This document shows positions 20,032-28,880 of a DNA stretch of 64,000 nt, one piece after another. The first letter of the stretch is position 1, and every line of letters starts with the position of its first letter. The notes under the pieces were generated by a model. The model did not search any database, was not told where the DNA came from, and saw nothing but the letters and a program-made list of their open reading frames with translations. This stretch comes from an uncultured Clostridium sp. (lineage in GTDB: Bacteria; Bacillota; Clostridia; TANB77; CAG-508), in contig CANRQN010000002.1 in assembly GCA_947641575.1 (NCBI GenBank), forward strand, positions 8,494 through 72,493. The letters are read 5' to 3'. Both the position numbers and the translations under genes were made by a program.

Positions 20032-20134
20032 TATGACATTCTATAATATTTAGATTGTTGATTTTTTAGTGTTCTATCATAATTTCAGTCATTTAAATTC
20101 TACTTTAACTAATATTATCTTAATTTCAGTCTGG
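20032..20134 (-). ncRNA. Degenerate two-repeat mini-array (psi-repeat, 29-30 nt psi-spacer, psi-repeat) plus an adjacent PAM-flanked seed match; CreA/CreR-like candidate
   Basis: 20032-20061 matches the CRISPR repeat at 20/30 and 20091-20120 at 19/30 (first 17 nt nearly perfect). The 11-nt taatttcagtc occurs at 20080-20090 and 20121-20131, and the latter is followed by tgg (CCA on the minus strand). Confidence 0.45.
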
Positions 20135-20171
20135 AATTATTTATGTCTTAACTGAATAATATATTATTTTC

Positions 20172-20233
20172 TGACAAAATAATATAAAAAGTGTAAAAAA
20201 GCAAAAAAAGAAGAATACTAGTGTATATTCTCC
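20172..20233. repeat. Left imperfect direct repeat flanking the AbiL-like cassette (decayed copy of the GT4 terminator region)
   Basis: tgacaaaataatataaaaagtgtaaaaaagcaaaaaaagaagaatactagtgtatattctcc aligns with 22533-22595 at roughly three quarters identity by eye. Confidence 0.55.
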
Positions 20234-20258
20234 TTAAAATAATCTTTTATTAAGTTTT

Positions 20259-20861
20259 CTATTTCTTCTTTTCTACTTCATCTAATATCTCAGAAAAGAA
20301 CTTATGTATATTCATAGATGGATTATCGCAATACCATAAAGTTTTATTTTCAACTTTCTTATTAGTATATTTTTTATCAACATCAAGCTTCTTTTTCATT
20401 ATATCTTCTGCATTTTTTATAGCTCGTCTTACATCTTTTAATGTTATTTGTTTTAGCATACTTTTTATTACATTTTCATTTTTTATATCTGCTGTTTCTT
20501 CTAATTTATACGTCTTTCTTATTTCATCTACATAACCGTCGTTATTATTAGCACATTTATCATATGGCTTTTTATGTAATAATATCCATAAGTCAAAATT
20601 TAAATTGGTATAATATGTTATTATTCCCCTTGTTTTTATTCTTCGTTCAAATTGCTTTGGTTCTTTGTCATAGTCAAACACAGCAATTTTAGTCATTGCA
20701 GTTGACAACTTAGATAGTGTTTGAAACTTTGCTTTCTCGTTAAATTTAACACTAGCATTAGGAAAGTTTTGCTTTATCAGATTCCCAAAATGTTTAAAAT
20801 ACATTTCTTCTTGCTGTCCATCATAATAGCATACGTATTCACGCCTAAACTTAGAAGACAT
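20259..20861 (-). CDS. RloB-like (AbiLii-like, Toprim-related) protein
   Basis: 200 aa. N-terminal YYDGQQEEMYFKHF and NLNFDLWILLHK resemble the RloB CEG..TE..YF and FE.W.LLH motifs. Its start overlaps the ATPase stop. Confidence 0.6.
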   Translation of the reverse strand: MSSKFRREYVCYYDGQQEEMYFKHFGNLIKQNFPNASVKFNEKAKFQTLSKLSTAMTKIAVFDYDKEPKQFERRIKTRGIITYYTNLNFDLWILLHKKPYDKCANNNDGYVDEIRKTYKLEETADIKNENVIKSMLKQITLKDVRRAIKNAEDIMKKKLDVDKKYTNKKVENKTLWYCDNPSMNIHKFFSEILDEVEKKK

Positions 20862-22207
20862 TACCCATCCTCCTTCATATCAAGTATACTTTCAAAATCT
20901 ATATATGGTAATGCTCCAAATTCTCCCTCAAAATATTTTTTCATATAGTTATTTTCTGTCTCGACATCAAATTCAGATAATTTATATACATTACTAATAT
21001 ATGTTTCTTCATCTTTTTCAACAAATAAAATTTGGTCTCTTCTAAAAAACCTTCTTTGTAAATATAATGGATTATGTGTATTAAATATAAGTTGTGCATG
21101 TGCTTTATTTATTTTTTTATTATTAAATAGATCTATTATCCCTCCTATAAGTTCTGGATGTATAGAACAGTCAAACTCATCAATTACAAATATTCCGCCT
21201 TTTTCAAAAAGTTCCATAAATCCAACCCAAAAGTCAACAAGTTTTGTAGTTCCTCTTGATTCAATCAATTCTGATTCTAGCATTATTCCTTTCTTTGCTC
21301 CTTTTGGTTCATACATTGATGCTAACACAAATTTTCCTTCAGGATTCTTTGTATACCCTATATTTTGGGGTCCAAAATCTGCTAATTTCAATAATCTATC
21401 TAATGATTCATTTGTCCATATTGAGTTATCAGGAGCACCATCAAAACTCATATATGGTTCTCTTAAATCAAAATCAACAATTGTAATAAGCTTATGTTGA
21501 AACCAATCTAATATATCATTTGCAACCTTTTGACTAATGATTCCTTTAAATAAAGTTGTTAAAAATAATGTCTCTTCATCTAAATTTTCATTAATGCTTT
21601 TTTGTAAGTTGTTTAATTCAGATAAGTACTGTTCTTCTTTTTCATATATCTTTAATACTTTTTTATTATTGTTTAATATAATTTCGTTTTCATTTCTTTT
21701 AAATATATTTATCTTGTTTTCTTTAATTGATGTACCTATATCTTGATATTCTATTACATTTAATTCTTCGCAAACTATACTTCTTTCTTTTCCAATAAGC
21801 GGATTCATTATTTTTATTTTTATTATATAATTATATATATTTAAATTAGTTTTAAATGTTATATTAAATTCTATTGGTTCTTTCATTTTTTTAACATCAT
21901 GAATAAAAGATGAAATTTCTAATTTATCTATTGTGGCATTATTAATTTGTTTTTTTATAGTTCCATTTGTTACGATTTCTTTAATACTGTCTAATGCAGC
22001 AATTATTGACGTTTTTCCATTTGCATTAGCTCCATATATGACCATTGATGGTAATACATTTCTTTTGTTTAATTCTTTATTTGGTTCTTTTTTTCTTATA
22101 TTTATAAGTCTATCAGGATATTCTCTCTTCATATTATCTGCTATCATATTAATCTCTGTAGTATTATAAAATGACTTAAAATTTTTCATTTTGAAATTTA
22201 ATAACAT
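20861..22207 (-). CDS. AAA (AAA_15/21-type, ABC/SMC-like) ATPase, AbiLi-like
   Basis: 448 aa. MLLNFKMKNFKSF start, Walker A GANANGKTS, Walker B IFVIDEFD, NTHNP motif. Confidence 0.7.
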   Translation of the reverse strand: MLLNFKMKNFKSFYNTTEINMIADNMKREYPDRLINIRKKEPNKELNKRNVLPSMVIYGANANGKTSIIAALDSIKEIVTNGTIKKQINNATIDKLEISSFIHDVKKMKEPIEFNITFKTNLNIYNYIIKIKIMNPLIGKERSIVCEELNVIEYQDIGTSIKENKINIFKRNENEIILNNNKKVLKIYEKEEQYLSELNNLQKSINENLDEETLFLTTLFKGIISQKVANDILDWFQHKLITIVDFDLREPYMSFDGAPDNSIWTNESLDRLLKLADFGPQNIGYTKNPEGKFVLASMYEPKGAKKGIMLESELIESRGTTKLVDFWVGFMELFEKGGIFVIDEFDCSIHPELIGGIIDLFNNKKINKAHAQLIFNTHNPLYLQRRFFRRDQILFVEKDEETYISNVYKLSEFDVETENNYMKKYFEGEFGALPYIDFESILDMKEDG

Positions 22208-22261
22208 ATTTAACCTCTATTCTTTTATAACTTTATTAATATTGTATATCTTATTTACCTA

Positions 22262-22289
22262 ATTATACCACATTTTTGAGATTTGTAAA
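22262..22289 (-). promoter_or_regulatory. Promoter of the ATPase/RloB cassette: TTTACA-N16-(TG)gTATAAT
   Basis: Minus strand: TTTACA (22289-22284), extended -10 TGGTATAAT (22270-22262). About 55 nt upstream of the ATG. Confidence 0.55.
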
Positions 22290-22532
22290 TATATATTTAC
22301 GATTTTTTTATAAATTCATATAGTTTTTTACTATTTTATCTATTTATTATTTGACAAAATAATAACCACTTATATTTAGTGGATATTATTAGATATTCCT
22401 AATTTTTATAATTATTTTAATCCAAATTGCGCTTTAGATATTACCTTTCCATTTTGAAATGCAATATTTGCATTTGTTCTTCCATGTTTATTTTCTTCTT
22501 TTATTTATATAAAATAATTTTATATGATCTTT

Positions 22533-22595
22533 AGACACAATAATATAAAAGATACAAAAAGCACAAAAGAATGAGAATATTAGACTATATTCTCA
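22533..22595. repeat. Right imperfect direct repeat flanking the AbiL-like cassette
   Basis: Aligns with 20172-20233 and includes the intact GT4 terminator stem. Confidence 0.55.
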
Positions 22596-22600
22596 TTCTT
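22567..22600 (-). terminator. Rho-independent terminator of the polysaccharide locus
   Basis: 14-bp perfect stem aagaatgagaatat / atattctcattctt, 6-nt loop, T-rich tail on the minus strand. Confidence 0.75.
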
Positions 22601-22621
22601 TTTCGTTAGTTTAACAATTCT

Positions 22622-23743
22622 TTATTTGTGTTTAACATATAAATTTTCAGTTTTACTTACAACAGCATCCCAGTCACACAATTCTAATATATGTTCTTGT
22701 ATTTTCGATGCATTTATTTCAATTTTTCCTTCAATTACATTTTCAATTTTTTCCTTTAATGATTGAATATTGCTCATTTCAAAGGGTATAGCATATTTCC
22801 CTGCAACTTCAATATTCTCTGGTATATCACTAATTATGCACACATTTCCATAGCTCATTGCTTCAAGTAGACTTAATGGCATTCCTTCTATATCGCTTGG
22901 AAGGCAATATGCTAAGCAATTACTAAATAACTCTTCTAATTCTTGTCCCTGAACAAATCCAGTCATATTTACTCTCTTATCTTGTGAAGCTTTTTTCTTT
23001 ATTTCTTCTAGATACTCATTCGTATGACTTGATCCCCCTGCTATTACTAATTTCTTTGTGGTATTTACTTGTTTAAAAGCTTCTAACAAATAATGAATTC
23101 CTTTTTCCGGAACAATTCTTCCCAAGTATAAAATATAGTCGTTTTCTTCTAAGTTATATTTTTCCTTTATTATTTCTGCATTTTTATTTTCTGGTTTTTC
23201 TATACCATTTGGAATAAATTCTGTTTCTCTTCCATATTCATTTAGAAAATACTCTTGCATATTTTTTGAAAGTACAATTACTTTATCTGCATATTTGGCA
23301 GCTATTTTTTCTCCAAATTTTAAATATTTTTTTGCAAATCCTCCCCATTTTGCCCTTTGCCAATCTAATCCATGTATTGTCGCTACAGTTCTAATCCCTA
23401 AAAAATGAGGTATCCATAACATTGCTGCTGGTCCTTCTGCATGATAGTGAATAACATCATATTTACCAAAAATAGCTTTAATTGTAGCAAAAAAAGAATA
23501 CACTAAAGCTTCCAACCCTTTTTTCTTTAAAGTTGGAATAGTTTTTATATTTACCCCTTTATATTCAGTTAAATTGCGTTTATCCTTATCTGCATTTTCG
23601 TCTTGAATGTTGTTTCCTTTTCTATTATACACATCAACTGTATGTCCTTTTTTTGCTAATCTTATAGATAATTCCTCGACAACAATCTCAACTCCGCCTT
23701 CTCTTGATGGAATACGCTTATGCCCTATCATGGCAATTTTCAT
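22622..23743 (-). CDS. Glycosyltransferase family 4 (DUF1972-type N-terminus, WchF/RgpA-like)
   Basis: MKIAMIGHKRIPSREGGVEIVVEEL start. C-terminal GT1/GT4 EGMPLSLLEAMS motif. Confidence 0.8.
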   Translation of the reverse strand: MKIAMIGHKRIPSREGGVEIVVEELSIRLAKKGHTVDVYNRKGNNIQDENADKDKRNLTEYKGVNIKTIPTLKKKGLEALVYSFFATIKAIFGKYDVIHYHAEGPAAMLWIPHFLGIRTVATIHGLDWQRAKWGGFAKKYLKFGEKIAAKYADKVIVLSKNMQEYFLNEYGRETEFIPNGIEKPENKNAEIIKEKYNLEENDYILYLGRIVPEKGIHYLLEAFKQVNTTKKLVIAGGSSHTNEYLEEIKKKASQDKRVNMTGFVQGQELEELFSNCLAYCLPSDIEGMPLSLLEAMSYGNVCIISDIPENIEVAGKYAIPFEMSNIQSLKEKIENVIEGKIEINASKIQEHILELCDWDAVVSKTENLYVKHK

Positions 23744-23978
23744 TTTATTTGCATCTTCCTTTGCTATAATATTTAATATGATAGTTACTACATTATATTA
23801 TTCCTTAAAATTTCACTTTTCCTACTAATTCTATTTTTCAAAATATTATATTACAACATAATAACTAAGCTTTGTGTACATTAAATATTATATATTAGGA
23901 ACTTTTATTAGTCAATATTTTTTGTTTAATTTGATAATAATAAGCAAAAGCATAACCTTCGTTATCCTTAAGATTATA

Positions 23979-25010
23979 TTATAAATTTACTAATTGATTT
24001 ACCATAGGCACTTTCCTAACTAAATAGACAATAATATTTGAAATTACTATTGTTAGTATAAATATTATTGATGTCATAAAAACACTATTAGTAGAGTTTA
24101 TTGAATTTAATGATAAAACAATTTTCAAGTGTATTATATATACACCTAATGTATTATTACTTAATTCTTTAATTAATATAATTCTATTCTCTTTTATTGA
24201 TTTTTTCATTAATATATCAAACATTATGTAACAGTATAGCATTGTTATTATATTATCATATGTTAATGACATTTGCACTTCATGATAAATCCACTTTCCC
24301 ATAAATGATTGGTATGCTATTTGAACAATTATAATCAGTATTAGTATTAATATTTCTTTTTTTATTGAAATTCTTATTCTACTTCCATACTTTGAATAAT
24401 ATCCTCCTAAAGAAAAATAAAATAACCAAGTCCATATTCTAACAAATTGTAATTCATTTGTTGCGTAAGTTCTTATATTATTTAGTTTTCCTGTAATTAT
24501 TCCTATATCAACTATAATATTTATAAAAAATAACACTATCATGAAGTATTTATATATTTTTTCTTTTGTGAAAATATTTTTATGCAATATTGGTAATATA
24601 AAGTAAATTATAATTATTGCTCCAAAGAACCAAAATTGAAAGAAATCTCCTCTTAAAAAAATATTTTTTATAGACTCCTTAAATGGATTTGATAAATTTT
24701 GGTACACAATTATTTTATATATCATCAATACTATATTCCATAAAATAATTATTTTTATTATGTCCAATATTTTTTTAGCAATATATCTATAAGTAATATT
24801 ATCTTTTTTTATTAACAGATATCCATTTGTCATAAAAAACAATAATACTGATATTGAAGATAAATAATATAATATACTATTATCATTTCTATTATGTCCA
24901 AATGTATGTAGCACTATTACTCCTATCGCTGATACTATCTTGATTAAGTCAATATTTAAATTTCTGTTTCCTTCCTTATTTCTCTCTTTAAGTGTATTGT
25001 GTGTACAGCC
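23979..25010 (-). CDS. Acyltransferase family 3 membrane protein (O-acetyltransferase); N-terminus unresolved, possible pseudogene
   Basis: Multi-TM protein. The open frame reads LKERNKEGNRNLNIDLIKIVSAIGVIVLHTFG but has no ATG. An ATG ORF (25033-24962) is in another frame, and there is no CGG here. Confidence 0.6.
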   Translation of the reverse strand, partial: GCTHNTLKERNKEGNRNLNIDLIKIVSAIGVIVLHTFGHNRNDNSILYYLSSISVLLFFMTNGYLLIKKDNITYRYIAKKILDIIKIIILWNIVLMIYKIIVYQNLSNPFKESIKNIFLRGDFFQFWFFGAIIIIYFILPILHKNIFTKEKIYKYFMIVLFFINIIVDIGIITGKLNNIRTYATNELQFVRIWTWLFYFSLGGYYSKYGSRIRISIKKEILILILIIIVQIAYQSFMGKWIYHEVQMSLTYDNIITMLYCYIMFDILMKKSIKENRIILIKELSNNTLGVYIIHLKIVLSLNSINSTNSVFMTSIIFILTIVISNIIVYLVRKVPMVNQLVNL

Positions 25011-25042
25011 TCAATAGTTTCGTGTTTCATCATACTCTCCTT

Positions 25043-25624
25043 TTAATACCATTCTACATTGTTTCGTATAACTTTAGCAGGTACCCCTACTGCAATTGAA
25101 TTTGCTGGTACATCTTTTGTTACAATTGATCCAGCACCTACTATTGCTCCATCTCCAATATTAACACCTTTCATTATAATTGCTCTAGTTCCTATCCAAA
25201 CATGATTGCCAATTTTTACAGGTAAGGTTTTTTCATGATTATCTTCCAAAATATCATGTGCATCTGTATCTCTAATTATAACATCTCTTGCAATTGCTAC
25301 ATTATCTCCAATCTTTATATTATTTGCACATACAATTTGTACAAATCCATTTAAATATCCACTACCTATTTCTAATTTTGCATTATCAAATACCCTTATA
25401 TCTGATCCAAAACCAACTCCAAATTGTCCATTAATCATTAATTCACTATTTTTTCCTAAACTTAGCCTTGTTTCTTGTTTTGATTTTTTATTTTCTTTAT
25501 TTCCTAGAGAAATTTTACCATTTCCACTAATAGTTGCACTTCTATCAATATTTACTCTTGAATACTTTTTGAAAGCTATTCTTTTATTTCCATGTAAAAT
25601 ACTATTTACTACACTTATATCCAT
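25043..25624 (-). CDS. Hexapeptide-repeat (LbH) acetyltransferase
   Basis: 193 aa with repeated [LIV]G..... hexapeptides and a C-terminal VGVPAKVIR motif. Confidence 0.8.
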   Translation of the reverse strand: MDISVVNSILHGNKRIAFKKYSRVNIDRSATISGNGKISLGNKENKKSKQETRLSLGKNSELMINGQFGVGFGSDIRVFDNAKLEIGSGYLNGFVQIVCANNIKIGDNVAIARDVIIRDTDAHDILEDNHEKTLPVKIGNHVWIGTRAIIMKGVNIGDGAIVGAGSIVTKDVPANSIAVGVPAKVIRNNVEWY

Positions 25625-25630
25625 AATACA

Positions 25631-26797
25631 TTATTCCTTTATTTTTCTATATATTTTGCTTGCTCTTATGTATATTTTTATTCTTTCTTTAATGCCTGGC
25701 TTCCTAAAAAAATTTCTACACAATTCTTTATAATTCATTTGGTCTATATTCTCAAATACTTTCTCTCTTGCTTCTGTTCTATCAGGTGATTTATAAGTGC
25801 AAACATTATCATTAAATACGTCTTGAGAATTAATCTCTTGAAATTTTATTTTATTTCTTGTCTTGTCAAATAATTCTTGTCCTTTATGTGAATTTACTAA
25901 TACCATTGATGTGCCCATATCATTATCTAATTGCTTGTTTATCTTTTCTATTCCCCAAAAATCTGCTAATGTAATATCCCCTTTTCTCGGAAATCCCTTA
26001 AATCTACACTCATAACATGCTGGTCTCATAAAAGCTGTATATTTTAAATATCCTACCATGAAGGAATCTATATATCTATTACCAATATACACTTTTCCAT
26101 TTTCGAATTCTATTCTTGTTGAAAAATTATGCCATCCATGAATTTTATTTTTAAATTTTACTTTCTTGACTCCAGCTTTATATTTTTCTTCTAAATTGTT
26201 AATATACATTTTAAAAATTTTGGGAGAATTCATTCCTCTACATATAAAATCACATGTATACAGATTCTCATAATCTTTATTTAAATAATTACTAAGTCCA
26301 GAAACTTGGCAAGGACTTCCGCAAAATAGCACTTTCTTATTTTCATTTAATTTTTCTTTTATTTGTCTGTATATATTATTTATATTGCTTTGTAAATATT
26401 TTGAACTTCTAATATCTTCTAGCTCGGTTCTATCATTAGTTAATATATGTTCAACTTTCCATTCTTTGTTATATATTGCACCACATATGTATCCACCTTC
26501 ATCAAAAATTATATTAGCAAGCTCTGAGAATATGCCTCCTGATGTACTATCTAATCTTACTTCTTGATTTTGACTCCATGCAGCATAAACTTTTGGTCTC
26601 TCAAAATTATTATTTTTGGTTACATTAATCATTGGACATATTTTTTCACATAATCCACAGTTTATGCATTTTTCACTATTGACTTTTGGATATTTAAAAC
26701 CTTCCTCATCTTCATACATCTCTATCGCATTTTTTGGGCATACATTATAACATGCATGGCATCCCATACACTCTTCCTTTTTATCTATATTAACCAA
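25631..26797 (-). CDS. 4Fe-4S / coenzyme F420 hydrogenase beta-subunit-like protein (partner of polysaccharide pyruvyl transferases)
   Basis: N-terminal CMGCHACYNVCP and CINCGLCEKICP motifs. 388 aa, EPS-locus context. Confidence 0.7.
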   Translation of the reverse strand: MVNIDKKEECMGCHACYNVCPKNAIEMYEDEEGFKYPKVNSEKCINCGLCEKICPMINVTKNNNFERPKVYAAWSQNQEVRLDSTSGGIFSELANIIFDEGGYICGAIYNKEWKVEHILTNDRTELEDIRSSKYLQSNINNIYRQIKEKLNENKKVLFCGSPCQVSGLSNYLNKDYENLYTCDFICRGMNSPKIFKMYINNLEEKYKAGVKKVKFKNKIHGWHNFSTRIEFENGKVYIGNRYIDSFMVGYLKYTAFMRPACYECRFKGFPRKGDITLADFWGIEKINKQLDNDMGTSMVLVNSHKGQELFDKTRNKIKFQEINSQDVFNDNVCTYKSPDRTEAREKVFENIDQMNYKELCRNFFRKPGIKERIKIYIRASKIYRKIKE

Positions 26798-26800
26798 TTC

Positions 26801-27931
26801 TTACACCCACTTTCTAATAATACTTATCATTTTGTATAATACTATATTTTTGCCAATATAGTATTGTACTTTATTTCTAAATGTTAATTTTTCTTTATAT
26901 GCTTTTATTGTAAGTATTCTTTTATTATATATAATTTTATTTCTTATATAGTATTTTTTTATTAGCCTATCAATTCTTCCATCCCATAAATAGTCAATAA
27001 TTTGTTTTGATGGATTTTCGTTGTAAAATTTTATTGTCTCTTTTATTCCATCTTGAAATTTTATCTGCGCATTAAATTCTGGGACTATGCTTTTTATTTT
27101 TGAATTATCAAATTCTCTATCTATTCCTTTATCACTCTTTAGTACTCCCTTATATTCTGGCATAATTTCTATTATATAATCACTAGGAATTTCCGCTATA
27201 TTAGCCTTAGTTCCTAGAGCTTCTTCAATATACTCTGTTGCCTCTTTCCATGTCAAAGTATAATCACTAGTAATGTGAAAAGCTTGCCCATAGGCTTTTT
27301 CTTTTAAAAATACTCCTACTATTCCTACTGCAAAATCTTTAGTTTGTGTAAGTGTACATGTTGCTTTTCCTGCATCCCACAAAACTATTGGTTTATTATT
27401 TAATATTCTATTTGCTAGTGTCCAATTCTTTGAAGATATTATTGCATATGGAATTCTTCTTTCACTGTAAGTTACATAAGGTCTTATTATTGTATAGTTT
27501 TGTCCATTTCTTTTATAATTTTCTTTTAATTCATTTTCACACTTAATTTTATCTAGTGAATAGTCCCAATCAAAATTGTTAGCTTCAGTTTCTTCTGTTA
27601 TTTTTTCACCTTTTTTTGTTTTTCTATATACTGTTGCAGAAGAAATAAATATATATTGTTTACAATTATTATTAAATATTTGTAGCTTACTTTTTAATTG
27701 AGTTTCTGTGTAAGACAAAAAGTCTATAACAACGTCAAAATATATCCCTTTTACTTTTTCTTTAACTTCTTCACTTTTGTTTATGTCTACTATTATAAAT
27801 TTTACACTTTTACCTAAATTTTTATTGTTATTTCCTCTGTTAATAATATAAACTTCATGACCTCTTTTTATACATAATTTCACTATATCTGTGCTAAGTA
27901 TACCTGTTCCACCAATAAATAAAACTTTCAT
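26801..27931 (-). CDS. NAD-dependent epimerase/dehydratase family protein
   Basis: MKVLFIGGTGILS Rossmann motif. 376 aa. Confidence 0.75.
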   Translation of the reverse strand: MKVLFIGGTGILSTDIVKLCIKRGHEVYIINRGNNNKNLGKSVKFIIVDINKSEEVKEKVKGIYFDVVIDFLSYTETQLKSKLQIFNNNCKQYIFISSATVYRKTKKGEKITEETEANNFDWDYSLDKIKCENELKENYKRNGQNYTIIRPYVTYSERRIPYAIISSKNWTLANRILNNKPIVLWDAGKATCTLTQTKDFAVGIVGVFLKEKAYGQAFHITSDYTLTWKEATEYIEEALGTKANIAEIPSDYIIEIMPEYKGVLKSDKGIDREFDNSKIKSIVPEFNAQIKFQDGIKETIKFYNENPSKQIIDYLWDGRIDRLIKKYYIRNKIIYNKRILTIKAYKEKLTFRNKVQYYIGKNIVLYKMISIIRKWV

Positions 27932-28878
27932 TTAACTTTAACCTTTCTATACAAATTATAAAATATCTTGTTTTTTAATAACCAGTACTTAGAGTTTTCT
28001 TTATATTTCATATATTGTTTTTTTTCATTATTTAATATGTCTAAAATATACTCATATTTATCATATTGTAAACCAGCCTTTATTCTCCTTCTATCATATA
28101 ATAAATTTATATCCTCTTGATATATTTCCCAAATCTTCATTGGTTCTAAAACATTATACAAAATATCTATGTGACTATCAATCCTTTTTAGTTCTTCTTC
28201 AAATGTAGCCGTTTTAATCCTCGAGTGACTATTTGCTATTATATTATAATTGTATACTATACTATTTACAAATCCACATTTTTGCTTATATAAAATTGGT
28301 AATAATAATTGCCAATTTTGTCCAGCCCTTGTACAATAAATGATCCTATTTTTTATTTTTTTATCAAATTCCTCCATTCTTATCATAAATGTGCCTGGGA
28401 AACAATATGTATTAATTCCAAAAATATAATTTTCAAAAATATATTCACTTTCACCTTTTTTAGGTTGTCCTATTCTAATTTTTTTATTATCTTTTAGTAT
28501 TCTAACTTTTCCTCTTACTATATTATATGATTTGTTATTTTGTAAAAAAGTAACTAATCTTTCAATTCCATTAAATTCTAAATAGTCATCACAATCCATC
28601 CAATATAAAAATTCTCCTGTAATATTAGGTAGTGCCATATTTACAGCAACTGCTTGTCCACTATTTTCTTGTTTTAAATGTTTATAAATAAATCCGCGTT
28701 TTTCCAATTTATTTTCATATTGTTCTAATATTTCCTCTGTATTATCTGTGGATCCATCATTAACAATAATAAGTTCTATATTATTATATGTCTGATTTAT
28801 AATTGATTCAAAATACTTTTCTAAATATTCTTCTCCGTTATAGCATGGAGTTATTATTGTAACCAGTCCTTCTTCCAT
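27928..28878 (-). CDS. Glycosyltransferase family 2
   Basis: VTIITPCYNGEEYL, VNDGSTD and DCDD motifs. Confidence 0.8.
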   Translation of the reverse strand: MEEGLVTIITPCYNGEEYLEKYFESIINQTYNNIELIIVNDGSTDNTEEILEQYENKLEKRGFIYKHLKQENSGQAVAVNMALPNITGEFLYWMDCDDYLEFNGIERLVTFLQNNKSYNIVRGKVRILKDNKKIRIGQPKKGESEYIFENYIFGINTYCFPGTFMIRMEEFDKKIKNRIIYCTRAGQNWQLLLPILYKQKCGFVNSIVYNYNIIANSHSRIKTATFEEELKRIDSHIDILYNVLEPMKIWEIYQEDINLLYDRRRIKAGLQYDKYEYILDILNNEKKQYMKYKENSKYWLLKNKIFYNLYRKVKVK

Positions 28879-28880
28879 AA

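Noticed and set aside
20032-20120. A second bona fide CRISPR array upstream of cas6
   Set aside because: There are only two repeat-like units, each with about 10 mismatches, and a short 29-30 nt spacer. It is treated instead as a degenerate mini-array and regulatory candidate.
22412-22497. Short minus-strand reading frame (..EENKHGRTNANIAFQNGKVISKAQFGLK-stop) in the spacer above the ATPase gene
   Set aside because: It has no start codon or RBS and I recognise no family. It may be a gene remnant, but the evidence is too weak to annotate.
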